A DNA stretch of 64,000 nucleotides from Spirochaetia bacterium (GCA_963666985.2 CAXXIA010000001.1:320001-384000), one strand, 5' to 3'. Counted from the stretch's first letter, positions 18,742-28,743 are shown. Numbers and translations: made by a program. The notes: a model not told the origin generated them from the letters alone.

Positions 18742-18815
18742 TACGCCCTAGAGGACTCGAACCTCTGACCCTCGGCTTAGAAGGCCGATGCTCTATCCGG
18801 CTGAGCTAAGGGCGC
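18742..18815 (-). tRNA. tRNA-Arg (anticodon TCT), CCA not encoded
   Basis: Cloverleaf GCGCCCT...AGGGCGT-A; anticodon arm TCGGC-CTTCTAA-GCCGA; T-loop GGTTCGAGTCC. Upstream TTCACA-17-TATTAT promoter. Confidence 0.96.
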
Positions 18816-18865
18816 GTACAATTCGCAGGCCATAATAACGGGTATGAGCCCCGTTGTGAAGCCGT

Positions 18866-18938
18866 TCGGAATGGCGGGACTCGAACCCGCGATCTCCTGC
18901 TCCCAAAGCAGGTGCCCTAGCCGCTGGGCTACATTCCG
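18866..18938 (-). tRNA. tRNA-Pro (anticodon TGG), CCA not encoded
   Basis: CGGAATG...CATTCCG-A; anticodon arm CCTGC-TTTGGGA-GCAGG; GGTTCGAGTCC. Upstream TTGACC-17-TAAAAT promoter. Confidence 0.96.
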
Positions 18939-19046
18939 TGCTGGTGCATTTTAGGGATTGGAAGGCCGCGGGTCAATGAGGTGAGTTCTAAAGTCTTTAT
19001 CCATTAGGGCTTGACCTGAAATGATCCCTCGGTTTCCCTTTAATAC

Positions 19047-19691
19047 ATGTCAAAGAAACCGGGTGCGGGAGATCGGCGAGTCAGGATTATTCTCGATATT
19101 CTGGCCGACGAGTATCCCGATCACACTTCCATGCTTACGTATCTGAATCCCTACCAGCTTACCGTCTCCGTGGCCCTATCGGCGCAGACAACCGATGCCG
19201 CGGTAAACAAGGTTTCACCGGAACTGTTCCGGCGATGGCCCAATCCCGCTTCGCTCGCATCGGCCGATGTGAACGAGTTGGAACAAGTGATTCATTCTCT
19301 GGGATACTTTCGACAAAAGGCTCGGAATCTCATCGCCGCTTCCCGCAGGATTACGGAAGTCTATTCCGGAGAAATCCCGAAAGAGATGGACGAGCTGACA
19401 TCTCTTCCCGGAATCGGGCGAAAGAGCGCCAATGTCATCAGAGGCCACATCTGGGGTTTCCCGGGCATTATTGTCGATACGCATTTCGGCCGAGTCTGCC
19501 GCCGTCTCGGGCTGACGGAAGCGGCCGATCCTGCGAAGGTGGAAAAGGACATTGAAGCGATGATTCCCCGGGAGCGGTGGAATGAGTTCTCGATGACGGC
19601 CAATTATCACGGCCGGAAGTACTGTATGGCCCGTAAACCGAATTGCTTTGAATGTCCCCTGGAGGGTGTTTGCCCGAAGTTCTGTGTATAA
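19047..19691 (+). CDS. nth: Endonuclease III
   Basis: LSAQTTD, HhH LPGIGRKSAN, VDTH, 4Fe-4S motif C-x6-C-x2-C-x5-C. Confidence 0.96.
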   Translation: MSKKPGAGDRRVRIILDILADEYPDHTSMLTYLNPYQLTVSVALSAQTTDAAVNKVSPELFRRWPNPASLASADVNELEQVIHSLGYFRQKARNLIAASRRITEVYSGEIPKEMDELTSLPGIGRKSANVIRGHIWGFPGIIVDTHFGRVCRRLGLTEAADPAKVEKDIEAMIPRERWNEFSMTANYHGRKYCMARKPNCFECPLEGVCPKFCV

Positions 19692-19723
19692 CGACTCTCG
19701 GCGGCAGGAGCTGAAAGTTACGG

Positions 19724-20695
19724 CTAAAAGAAACCGTGAAGATCCGCGATAGTGGAAAAGCCTTCTTCTTCCATATACCGCCGAATCCCGTCGAGAATTT
19801 GTTTCGGCGCGTCAGGATGGGAGAACAGGGCTGTTCCTACCTGAACGGCCGAGGCTCCGGCCAAAAGGTATTCCAGGGCATGTTCGGCGGTTGAGATGCC
19901 GCCCATGCCGATTACCGGGATGCCGACAACCTTTGCGACACGCCATACGGCGGCCACTCCCACGGGCCGAATGGCCGGTCCGGAAAGTCCGCCGATGCCC
20001 CGCGGAATCGCCGGCAGGCGGCGCTTTACGTCGACTTTCATTCCGGAAACGGTATTGATGCAGGAAAGGGCATCGGCACCGGCCGACGCGGCGGCTCTGG
20101 CGATTTCGGTAATATCGGTAACGTTCGGAGAAAGTTTGACAATCAGCGGCTTTCCGCAGATGCGGCGGACCGCCGAGGTCAGCTTTTCCAGTGTTTTCGT
20201 ATCCGTGCCGAAGGCCATTCCCCCATGGTCCACGTTCGGACAGGATACATTCAGTTCGATACCCCAGACGGCATCAATTTCATTCATGGCCTCGGCAACC
20301 GTCAGGTAGTCTTTTTCGGAAGCACCCGCGACATTAACGATCGCCGGAGATGAAAGGGTTTCAAGGATGGGGACTTTTTCCTTTATAAAGCGCTTAAGAC
20401 CGGGATTGGCGAGACCTATGGAGTTGATGATGCCGGCGTCGGTCTCCGCCAGTCGGGGAGGAGCATTCCCGGCTCTGGGCTCCGGAGTAACGGCCTTGGT
20501 ATAAACGGCGCCCAGGGATTCAAGATCGGTAAGATCCCTGAATTCTTCACCGAAGCCGAAGGTTCCCGAGGCAACGCCGACCGGATTCGGCATTTTTTTT
20601 CCCGCGATGGAAACACTCAAGTCGATTTGCGCGATGCCGGAAGCGGGAGAATCTGAAGGAGAGGCGCCGTTTCCTGAGTCGCTTTCGCAGATCAC
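19724..20695 (-). CDS. pyrD: Dihydroorotate dehydrogenase B catalytic subunit
   Basis: NPVGVASGTFG, NSIGLANPG, ELNVSCPNV, VKLSPNVT, GGLSGPAIRP. GTGA overlap with pyrK. Confidence 0.96.
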   Translation of the reverse strand: MICESDSGNGASPSDSPASGIAQIDLSVSIAGKKMPNPVGVASGTFGFGEEFRDLTDLESLGAVYTKAVTPEPRAGNAPPRLAETDAGIINSIGLANPGLKRFIKEKVPILETLSSPAIVNVAGASEKDYLTVAEAMNEIDAVWGIELNVSCPNVDHGGMAFGTDTKTLEKLTSAVRRICGKPLIVKLSPNVTDITEIARAAASAGADALSCINTVSGMKVDVKRRLPAIPRGIGGLSGPAIRPVGVAAVWRVAKVVGIPVIGMGGISTAEHALEYLLAGASAVQVGTALFSHPDAPKQILDGIRRYMEEEGFSTIADLHGFF

Positions 20696-21531
20696 CAAAC
20701 AACCTCCCTTGAGTCAAATACGGGTCCGTCGCTGCACGCACATTTATAAGAGAGGGCATTATCATGACCGCCGGCGGAATCGGATGGAGAAGAAGCGGAA
20801 ACGGTTTTCACCGCGCAGCCGCAGCATGCGCCGACACCGCAGGCCATACGCTCCTCCAGGGAGACCCAGCAGGTTCTTCCGGCCGAGAGGGCCAGAGTAT
20901 GAACGGCGGCCATCATCGGCATCGGACCGCAGCAGTAATAAACATCGTCGTTACCCGATTCCTTCGGGATTCCGCTCAAAACAGTACCTCGGATTCCAGC
21001 GGATCCGTTATCGGTGCAGATCTGCAAACTGATTTCTTTCGGCCAGATGATATCGGGAATAAACTCGGCGGTACGGGCACCGAGAACAACGGTGGGAAAA
21101 AAACCTTTCTTTATAAGAGAACGGGCCAAATAAAGGATGGGACCGATACCGATACCGCCTGCGATCAGGATGGGATGAGCGCCGGCGGAAGGTTCCGGGA
21201 AGCCCGTACCCAGAGGGCCGATCCAATCGACAACATCTTCTTTTTCGAGGGTGGAAAATCCCTGAGTCGCCGTTCCTCTGATTTCGTAGATAAAGGAAAA
21301 ACCGTTCTCATCGGCATCCGCGTAAGCAAATGGGCGGCGAAGAAGAGGCACGGGAAAATTCACGGGAAGCAAAGTAAAAAAACGGCCGGGACGGGGAATA
21401 TCGCTCTCTTTTCCCGGTTTTATAACACCATCCTCGGTATAAACCAGGGTCATTTCCCTGTATCCCTGAGCGATGGAGCGATGATCGGCTACCCGTGCGC
21501 GGCCCCGGCTGCGGCCGGAACCGGAACTCAT
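20692..21531 (-). CDS. pyrK: Dihydroorotate dehydrogenase B electron-transfer subunit
   Basis: LRRPF, GPLG, IAGGIGIGP, CGP.PM, MACGVGACCGC...CSDGPVF. Confidence 0.95.
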   Translation of the reverse strand: MSSGSGRSRGRARVADHRSIAQGYREMTLVYTEDGVIKPGKESDIPRPGRFFTLLPVNFPVPLLRRPFAYADADENGFSFIYEIRGTATQGFSTLEKEDVVDWIGPLGTGFPEPSAGAHPILIAGGIGIGPILYLARSLIKKGFFPTVVLGARTAEFIPDIIWPKEISLQICTDNGSAGIRGTVLSGIPKESGNDDVYYCCGPMPMMAAVHTLALSAGRTCWVSLEERMACGVGACCGCAVKTVSASSPSDSAGGHDNALSYKCACSDGPVFDSREVVW

Positions 21532-21962
21532 TTATTTTCTGCCTGAATCCCCGGCGCGGGTTGGTCTTTTTTCGTGTGCGAATTAATCCAATGCGTGAGA
21601 TTCTGAAAACGCATAGCCGTTTCCTGATCGATTGTATGTTCCATGTTGCAGGCCTGTTTCTCAGCGTCTTCGCCTTCGAGTCCCAATCCCTTACTGAAAA
21701 AATCGACAAGAATTTCATGTCTTTGGAAAACGGCTTTGGCAAGTTTTGTGCCTTTGGAAGTGAGATTAATAAAGGAGTTTTTCTCGTATTCAACCAAATC
21801 TTTTTTCTTCAGTGTTTTCAAAGCACCCGTAACGGACGGCATTTGAACCGAAAGTTTATCGGCGATATCTTTGACTCGGGCGACACGATTTTTCTGTTCC
21901 AGAAGGAGAATCGTTTCCAAGTAATCTTCCATGCTCGGGGTAAGTTCTTCTTTTTCCCTCAT
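21528..21962 (-). CDS. DtxR/MntR-family metal-dependent transcriptional regulator
   Basis: SMEDYLETI, ARVKDIA..L.V..PSVT, RHEIL, ACNMEH. Confidence 0.93.
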   Translation of the reverse strand: MREKEELTPSMEDYLETILLLEQKNRVARVKDIADKLSVQMPSVTGALKTLKKKDLVEYEKNSFINLTSKGTKLAKAVFQRHEILVDFFSKGLGLEGEDAEKQACNMEHTIDQETAMRFQNLTHWINSHTKKDQPAPGIQAENK

Positions 21963-22017
21963 ACTAAAACGGTAACAGATTAGCCGCCGTTAAGCAAGAT
22001 CAGCGGACGTATGAATA

Positions 22018-22659
22018 TTAGTCCGCGGCGCTCGATAACGGAGGTGCTCTGCGGAGCCGTCTGCACCACTGAGAACTCCAGACGGCCGATAAAAACCACG
22101 GACGTCCTATGATGTAATCGACTCGAAAGCATTCCAGTAAGAGAACTCTCCATCCCGAAGGCGGTTCACCTGCTTCAAAACCGGCCGCTTCCCGCCCTTT
22201 GAATGCGTTTACCGCCGAAGGAAAGGATAGAGGAACACCCCTAAAAGGCGGATAAAGGGGGTTTGAACGAAGGCTCGGAGGTTCTGAGAAACCGGTGATG
22301 AAGAGAGTTTCTTCCTCGATTTCCGTATGCACTGCTGCGGTTTTGGCTAAAGCTTTACCCAGATGATCAAGCCACCCATCCGATTCCACGGGCAGGAAGG
22401 AAACGCCTGAGGATTCCTCAATCATCGGCAGTTTCCCGGGGATAAGAGGCGAGGTGCACGGAGGCAGGAGTCCCGGAACAGGCGGAGAAACGGGATCGGA
22501 TGACTCAAAGATGGGAATCATGGGAGGAAAGGGATCGGGAATCCTTCCCCGTTTTCCCTCTTCTCGCCTTATCCTTTCGACGAGGGCGGCCTGCTGCTGG
22601 GGTGCCGTCAATCCGACCAGATAACGAATTTCAGTCGATGACGACCGGGATAAGCTCAT
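22018..22659 (-). CDS. Hypothetical proline-rich protein
   Basis: Open frame filling the gap between DtxR and the divergent gene. ATG 22659 avoids overlap. No family recognised. Confidence 0.55.
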   Translation of the reverse strand: MSLSRSSSTEIRYLVGLTAPQQQAALVERIRREEGKRGRIPDPFPPMIPIFESSDPVSPPVPGLLPPCTSPLIPGKLPMIEESSGVSFLPVESDGWLDHLGKALAKTAAVHTEIEEETLFITGFSEPPSLRSNPLYPPFRGVPLSFPSAVNAFKGREAAGFEAGEPPSGWRVLLLECFRVDYIIGRPWFLSAVWSSQWCRRLRRAPPLSSAAD

Positions 22660-22696
22660 GATACACTTATACCCGATTCGTAAAGGTGGGACCATC

Positions 22697-23470
22697 GTGA
22701 AAACCAAAGTTAAAAGTGTTGTTGATGAGATCGTCGACGTTCTGAAGAACTGGAATGGAATCCGCGCCGTAATTCTGCAGCATTTCGCGGAAAAGGATAT
22801 CTACGATCCGAATTTTTCGATAACACTCGATGTTTTTCGTGATGAGGAAGTCCCGAATCGGGAGGAGCGGGAAAAGGCCTTCCCGGAAGCCCGATATTTT
22901 GAATCTTCGCGGGTTCGATTTAAAGACCGCTTTATGATGAACGATCTTCCGGTTCGGATCTCCTATAAAGACTGTTCTCGGGTGGATGCCGTACTTGACG
23001 CCATCGGTACGGAAGATTGGCTTTCCATGGAACGGGGAACCTATCTTTTTCATCGCATCGCCACGGGAACTCTTCTTTGGAGCCGGGATGATTGGATGAA
23101 GGGCGTTCTTGTTAAGCTTGATACGCTTCCCGATGTGTTCTGGACTTCCTGGCTGGAATCCTGTCAGCGGCATATCGATCATTATCTGGGCGATATGACC
23201 GCCGCGGCTTTAAAGGAAGACGAGCTTTATTTCCGTTTTTCTCTTTCGGGATTTCTTAAGTCCGCCGGAGAACTTCTTTTTGCCGTGAATAAAGTGTTTG
23301 AACCCGGTCCGAGAGATTATTCGGCGACTTTGGTCCTTTTGGAGAACTTGCCCGAGGGTTTTGAGGCTAATTGGACCAATTTGCTCCGCGACGACGGAGA
23401 ATTACCGGCGGACAGAAAGGGTGAAGTGGCGACTCTGCTGGCCAAGAGCCTTTTTTCCCTGCGGCCGTAG
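22697..23470 (+). CDS. DUF4037/nucleotidyltransferase-like conserved protein (spirochaete type)
   Basis: DIYDPNFSITLDVF NTase-like N-terminus and helical C-terminus LFAVN..FEP. GTG 22697 has an upstream AAGGTGG. Confidence 0.65.
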   Translation: MKTKVKSVVDEIVDVLKNWNGIRAVILQHFAEKDIYDPNFSITLDVFRDEEVPNREEREKAFPEARYFESSRVRFKDRFMMNDLPVRISYKDCSRVDAVLDAIGTEDWLSMERGTYLFHRIATGTLLWSRDDWMKGVLVKLDTLPDVFWTSWLESCQRHIDHYLGDMTAAALKEDELYFRFSLSGFLKSAGELLFAVNKVFEPGPRDYSATLVLLENLPEGFEANWTNLLRDDGELPADRKGEVATLLAKSLFSLRP

Positions 23471-23584
23471 ACAAAGATGAGCCGTAATCCGAATCCCGGA
23501 CGGGGTTTACACGTTTGAGGCTTTTCGGTAAATTTGTTCCGCTTGTAATATTCGGTACGTTTCGAAACAAGAAGGTGAAAATAT

Positions 23585-23812
23585 ATGTCCAGGAAATGTG
23601 ATATTTGCGGCAAGGGGACTATTTCCGGCCACAGCGTGCCCAGGAAAGGTCTTCCCAAGAAAAAGGGCGGTGCCGGTCAGCATATCGGCGTGAAGTCCAA
23701 GCGGCTGTTTAAGCCCAATCTCGTAAAAATAAAAGCTTTAATCGACGGCAAACCGAAGTCCATTAAGGTCTGTACCCGCTGTCTTAAAGCGGGAAAAGTC
23801 GTTAAGGCTTAG
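23585..23812 (+). CDS. rpmB: 50S ribosomal protein L28
   Basis: MSRKCDICGK...KRLFKPNL...VCTRCLKAGK (zinc-binding type). Confidence 0.97.
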   Translation: MSRKCDICGKGTISGHSVPRKGLPKKKGGAGQHIGVKSKRLFKPNLVKIKALIDGKPKSIKVCTRCLKAGKVVKA

Positions 23813-24612
23813 TTTTTACCGTCCGCGGCCCTGATGATTAAACCGTCACGGGCCGGACGAACACCGCGGGGCGATGCTTTCGTCAAACGGCGATGAGATG
23901 CCTCGTGGCTGATGTGAGTGAGATACGCCCGTCTCGGGCGTATTTTTTTTATTTCTTCCAGTGCCTTCTCCACATTGAAATGCGTCGGGTGAGCCTGAAA
24001 TCTGAGGGCCCCGATAATCAGAACATCCAAGTTTTCCAACAGCGGATAACTCTCTTCGGGAATCTCACTGGCGTCGGTGATGTAGGCCACCGGACCGCAG
24101 CGCCATCCGAATACATTTAATCTGCCGTGGATTACCGGAATGGGTTTGAGAGTGAGATTCCCGATCATAATGTCGTCTCCGGGATTCACCGGATGAAGGT
24201 TCACTTTCGCTTTGCCTCCGCCTTTCTGGGTGTTTCTCCAGAGGTAATCGAAGCGGGATGCGATTTCATCCAAGGTTTCTGCGGAGGCGTATCCGGGAAT
24301 GGGACGGTTCCACGTGAGGGCACGCAAGTCGTCCAGACCATGCAGATGATCGGCATGAGCATGGGTCCAGAATACGGCGTCAAGAGAATTGATGCCCGCT
24401 CTTAGGGCCTGAAGGCGGAATTCCGGCGCCGTATCGATGAGAACCCGTGTTCCTCCCGCTTCGATGAGAATGGAACAGCGATATCGCCGGTTTCTTCGGT
24501 CCCAAGAGCGGCAGACAGGACACCGGCAGCCCGGAACGGGAATCCCGATGCTGGTGCCCGTGCCGAGCATGGTTACGGTGTATGCTGCCGATTCGATCCG
24601 CTCTTTCCTCAT
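23809..24612 (-). CDS. MBL-fold metallohydrolase (PhnP-like)
   Basis: LGTGTS.GIP..GC.C.VC, LIDT, THAHADHLHGLDD, YITD, LTHISH. Start reassigned to ATG 24612. Confidence 0.92.
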   Translation of the reverse strand: MRKERIESAAYTVTMLGTGTSIGIPVPGCRCPVCRSWDRRNRRYRCSILIEAGGTRVLIDTAPEFRLQALRAGINSLDAVFWTHAHADHLHGLDDLRALTWNRPIPGYASAETLDEIASRFDYLWRNTQKGGGKAKVNLHPVNPGDDIMIGNLTLKPIPVIHGRLNVFGWRCGPVAYITDASEIPEESYPLLENLDVLIIGALRFQAHPTHFNVEKALEEIKKIRPRRAYLTHISHEASHRRLTKASPRGVRPARDGLIIRAADGKN

Positions 24613-24788
24613 GCGCCTTAGTATATCGGGATGCGCTTCGGGAGAAAATGATGAAGGATGTCTTGTCGAAATAACCGCCGCGGAAAACCGACTCTTGCGG
24701 AGAACTTTCTTTTGCGGCAAATACGGCCTTTAATCGGGAGACTGCAGAATATCTGATTTGTAACCTATAATAAGCCTAGAGGATTGAA

Positions 24789-26153
24789 ATGAGCGAAATG
24801 GAATCTTGTCTGGTTTTATCGGGCGGGGGAGCCAAAGGGGTTTATCATATCGGAGTCTGGAAGGCTCTTCGGGAATTGGATATTCCCATCAAGGCCATAG
24901 TCGGGAATTCCATCGGGTCCATTGTCGGAGCGTTTCTGGTTCAGGGGCTTGATGAAGTTCTTGAAGAAATCGGGAGCACCATCGGCATCAATTATATTTT
25001 GGATATTCCGGAGGAATTGGTCGACGGGGGAGAGCTGACCGTTGATAAAGTTCGTTCTTCCGCATTTCGAAGTTTTTATAAGTCGGTCGCGGAAAACAAA
25101 GGATTGGGTACGGGTCCTTTGAGAAAGTTGCTGGAAACGCATATCCGGGAAGATGAAATTCGAAAAGGGCATATTGATTTCGGCGTCGTCGGCTACAGCA
25201 CCACGGATATGAAGCCTCGCGAAATATTTCTGGAGGATATGGAAGAAGGCGAACTGATTAATTATGTCATGGCAAGTTCGGCTTTTCCCGGATTCCAGCG
25301 TCCGGAAATCGCGGGGAAAAAATACATCGACGGCGGTGTTTACGACAACATTCCTTTCGCCATGGCCAAGAGACGCGGGTATAAAGATATCATAGTCGTG
25401 GATATATCCGGTGTCGGCGTGAAGCGTCGGCCGGATATTGAAGGAGTCCGTACAACCTATATCAAGAATACGATCGATATGGGCGGTGTTTTGGATTTCA
25501 ATCGCCAATTTCTGGACGAATACACGCGGCTCGGATACCTGGACACAATGAAAACCTACGGACGATATCGCGGTCGTGATTACTTCATTATTCCGGATGT
25601 GAATTTCGAGGAACAATTTCACGAATATATCGATCGAGGTGAGGGGCGGGAAAAAATCCTCGAATACGGCGGGAAAATCATAAAGAATACCCGCTCGGCG
25701 ACAGTCTCGTCGTCGGTTAAAAGCCTTTTTCCCAGGCATTCCCGTTATAACCGCCGGTGGCTGTCCGTTTTCGTCGACTGCGCGGCCATGGCGACAGGGG
25801 TTGAGAGAATTCGGGAATGGACCTACGCCGATCTTATCCGGGAAATCAGGAAACAAGCGGACGACTTAAGTCTTAGGGTGGATGGGCTCGCACCCTCGGA
25901 TCGGAAGGAAACCCTTTCCCATGTTCGAAAAGGACTTCGAAACCGGAAACTTTTCAGTCCGTCCTATTATTATCTTCTTCTTGCCGAACGTTATCTTCCC
26001 GAGCATCTGGGACGGGCGCTCGTAAAACTTCTCGAAGAATTCTCTCACGAATTACCCGCAGCGCGTTTTTTTATCGACCATTTGACGGAGTTCCCGGAGG
26101 GAGTTCGGCGGGAAAAGCGGAAATGGTATCCGCACCGAAAAAAATCGAAATAG
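24789..26153 (+). CDS. Patatin-like phospholipase
   Basis: LSGGGAKG, GNSIG nucleophile elbow, ASSAFP, DGG. Confidence 0.93.
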   Translation: MSEMESCLVLSGGGAKGVYHIGVWKALRELDIPIKAIVGNSIGSIVGAFLVQGLDEVLEEIGSTIGINYILDIPEELVDGGELTVDKVRSSAFRSFYKSVAENKGLGTGPLRKLLETHIREDEIRKGHIDFGVVGYSTTDMKPREIFLEDMEEGELINYVMASSAFPGFQRPEIAGKKYIDGGVYDNIPFAMAKRRGYKDIIVVDISGVGVKRRPDIEGVRTTYIKNTIDMGGVLDFNRQFLDEYTRLGYLDTMKTYGRYRGRDYFIIPDVNFEEQFHEYIDRGEGREKILEYGGKIIKNTRSATVSSSVKSLFPRHSRYNRRWLSVFVDCAAMATGVERIREWTYADLIREIRKQADDLSLRVDGLAPSDRKETLSHVRKGLRNRKLFSPSYYYLLLAERYLPEHLGRALVKLLEEFSHELPAARFFIDHLTEFPEGVRREKRKWYPHRKKSK

Positions 26154-26299
26154 AGGATGACTTCGAATCCGCTGTTTCCGTTTTATATCTTTTACTGCCA
26201 TATGGACTTAGGTAATCTGCGAATCCCGTAAAAATAATTACGTTTCTCCTGTAACAAACTTATTAGACAAGTGTTTGCTAATCAGGAGTGATTTTAGCT

Positions 26300-28732
26300 A
26301 TGAAAATAAGGTATTTCGGCCTTCTCGCGGCGATTCTCATCGCCGGCTGCGCCAGCTTCGAGGGCCCGGTTCCCGTGAACACTCAATGGGAAGTCACCTG
26401 GTTATCGCCGAAAAATGCCGACGGTGTGAACGACGAATTGTACATCGATTTGGATGTTCCATCGGTCAAGGGCCTGAAAATCCAAGGATACGCGTTTGTT
26501 GTTACCGATTCTCTCGGTCGAACGGTTTATAGCCTGGAAGATTCATTGCCTGTGAAGACAAGCCTCCGCGATTACAAAAATTCCCTGAAGATTCCGGAAG
26601 CCTTGGTATGGGACGGCCGGATGACCGACGGCGCCTGGGCTCCCGACGGTGAATACAGATTTCACATTGATGTATTCGCGCAGAAGGACTTCAGCGGCAC
26701 TTCTCCGGAGGGCACGGTTATCGTGGACAATACGTCGCCGTCTGCGGTTTTGGCGGTTCCCTTCCGTTCGTTCTCCCCTAATGGCGACGGCCGGCAGGAT
26801 ACGCTCCCGGTGCATTTTCATGATGCGTCTCAGGAAGCCGTATGGGAAGGGCAGGTCGTGGATGCCTCGGGTAAGGTCCGCCGTTCCATCTTTTGGAACG
26901 ATCTTCCTCGGGATTCCGAATGGAACGGCACCGACGATAGCGGAAATCGGCTGGCCGACGGTGTTTATGTTTACCGGATTATGAGTACGGACGAGGCCGG
27001 AAACCGCTTTTCGGCGGAAATCACCGATCTCCGTTTGGATACCAAACCGTCTTTGGTGAACCTGGCTCTTTCGGAAACCGTAATTTCACCCAACAGTGAC
27101 GGAGTTCTGGATTCTCTGATGCTTATACCCGGGCTCTCTCGAACATCGGGTATTGTCGGCTGGTCGCTGAAGATCGTGGATACCGCCGGGAAGGCACTCA
27201 AGAATTGGAGCGGAAGCGGAATCCCGGCGCGAACATCCTTCGACGGCCGAAACGATCAGGGCCGAGTTCTGGCCGACGGCGGATATTATGGGGTTCTTTC
27301 GGTGGATTATGAAAACGGGGACAGAGTCGAAGCGGGCAGCGAATCGCTTATCATCGATACCCTGGCGCCGTCGGCCGTATTCTCAGCCGAATATACACTG
27401 TTCTCACCGGACGGAGACGGCCGCCGAGACACCATCGCGGTAAATCAAAGTTCAACAGCGGAAATCACCTGGAACGTCGGTATAAAAAACGCAGGCGGAG
27501 TCCCCGTAAGATCCGGAAGCTGGAACGAACGTCTCACGCCGTTCATTTGGGACGGTCGGGATGATGCCGGCAATCTTGTTCCCGACGGAAATTACCGTTA
27601 TGAAGTTTCGGCCGTCGACCGCGGAGGCAACCGCTATACCGGAGGTATTTCGGGAATCCGCGTGGATACCCGGCCCACTCCGGTTTCTCTTACCGTTTCC
27701 GGTTCGGGTTTGAGTCCCAATGGTGACGGCATGGCGGAAACCATAGTCTTCAAACCCCTGCCCGTGATTCGCGAAGGAATCTCCGGATGGTGGCTGATCG
27801 CATCCAATTCCACGGTTCCCGGTTCGGAATGGAATCTCTCAAGCGTTGGCGGAAGTGCTCCTCCCGAATCGATTGAGTGGAACGGCCGGAATGACGCCGG
27901 TGCGGTCGTGGACGGAACTTATAACGTTACCTTGACCGTGGAATATGAAAAAGGCAACCGAACGGTGAGTGCGCTGGATACGAAAGTTATCGTGGATACA
28001 ACGCCTCCCTCGGTCGCGGTATCGGTTTTCCCCAAGCCTTTTTCACCCGATGCCGACGGTTTTGCCGACGAACTCACCATTTCTCCGACGGCTATCGACG
28101 CAAGCCGTATTACGAGCTGGTCCGTTGATATTTCCGATCCCACCGGAACACCGTTTTTCCATCGGGAACTCAGCGGAGCCCCGACCGATTTGCGCTGGAA
28201 CGGCCGGAGCGGCTCCGGGGAGCTGGTTCTCTCGGCAGAGGATTACGGACTGAAAGTTTTCGCCGTTGACGAATACGGCAACCGAGGAGAAGCCTCCGGT
28301 AAAATCCCGGTGGACATCCTGGTGATTCGGGAAGGCGATCGGCTTCGCATCAGTATATCCAGTATCTATTTCAAGCCTTATACCGCGGACTATTTCGATG
28401 TTCCCGCGGATGTGGCCAAGAAGAACCTGGAAACATTGAACCGCTTGGCTGAAATCCTTAAAAAGTACGCGGATTATCACATCCGGCTTGAAGGGCATGC
28501 GGTCCGTACTCTTTGGTACGATGAGAAACTCTGGCGCGGCGAGGAGCAGGATAAACTGATGCCGCTTTCGGTCTCTCGAGCCGAAGCCATACGGGACGCT
28601 CTCGTCCGTCGCGGAATCGTGTCGTCGCGGATGTCGATTGCGGGATACGGAGGTACCCGGCCTTTGGTGCCCCACAGCGACGAGACGAACCGCTGGAAGA
28701 ATCGCCGTGTGGAATTCATTCTCGAACGCTAA
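26300..28732 (+). CDS. Lipoprotein with tandem FlgD-Ig-like repeats and a C-terminal OmpA/MotB peptidoglycan-binding domain
   Basis: Lipobox IAGC; six SP(N/D/K).DG repeats each followed by W(D/N)G...DG.Y-like motifs; C-terminal IEGH-like RLEGH and NRRVEF. Confidence 0.88.
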   Translation: MKIRYFGLLAAILIAGCASFEGPVPVNTQWEVTWLSPKNADGVNDELYIDLDVPSVKGLKIQGYAFVVTDSLGRTVYSLEDSLPVKTSLRDYKNSLKIPEALVWDGRMTDGAWAPDGEYRFHIDVFAQKDFSGTSPEGTVIVDNTSPSAVLAVPFRSFSPNGDGRQDTLPVHFHDASQEAVWEGQVVDASGKVRRSIFWNDLPRDSEWNGTDDSGNRLADGVYVYRIMSTDEAGNRFSAEITDLRLDTKPSLVNLALSETVISPNSDGVLDSLMLIPGLSRTSGIVGWSLKIVDTAGKALKNWSGSGIPARTSFDGRNDQGRVLADGGYYGVLSVDYENGDRVEAGSESLIIDTLAPSAVFSAEYTLFSPDGDGRRDTIAVNQSSTAEITWNVGIKNAGGVPVRSGSWNERLTPFIWDGRDDAGNLVPDGNYRYEVSAVDRGGNRYTGGISGIRVDTRPTPVSLTVSGSGLSPNGDGMAETIVFKPLPVIREGISGWWLIASNSTVPGSEWNLSSVGGSAPPESIEWNGRNDAGAVVDGTYNVTLTVEYEKGNRTVSALDTKVIVDTTPPSVAVSVFPKPFSPDADGFADELTISPTAIDASRITSWSVDISDPTGTPFFHRELSGAPTDLRWNGRSGSGELVLSAEDYGLKVFAVDEYGNRGEASGKIPVDILVIREGDRLRISISSIYFKPYTADYFDVPADVAKKNLETLNRLAEILKKYADYHIRLEGHAVRTLWYDEKLWRGEEQDKLMPLSVSRAEAIRDALVRRGIVSSRMSIAGYGGTRPLVPHSDETNRWKNRRVEFILER

Positions 28733-28743
28733 TTATTGAGTAT

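Noticed and set aside
19011..19049. Leaderless promoter for nth (TTGACC-17-TTCCCT-7-ATG)
   Set aside because: The -10 lacks the conserved A, so it was left out of the leaderless list, although the gene has no SD.
26300..28300. Type IX secretion/gliding-motility substrate based on FSPNGDG motifs
   Set aside because: The motifs are internal repeats in a lipoprotein ending in OmpA, and there is no T9SS context.
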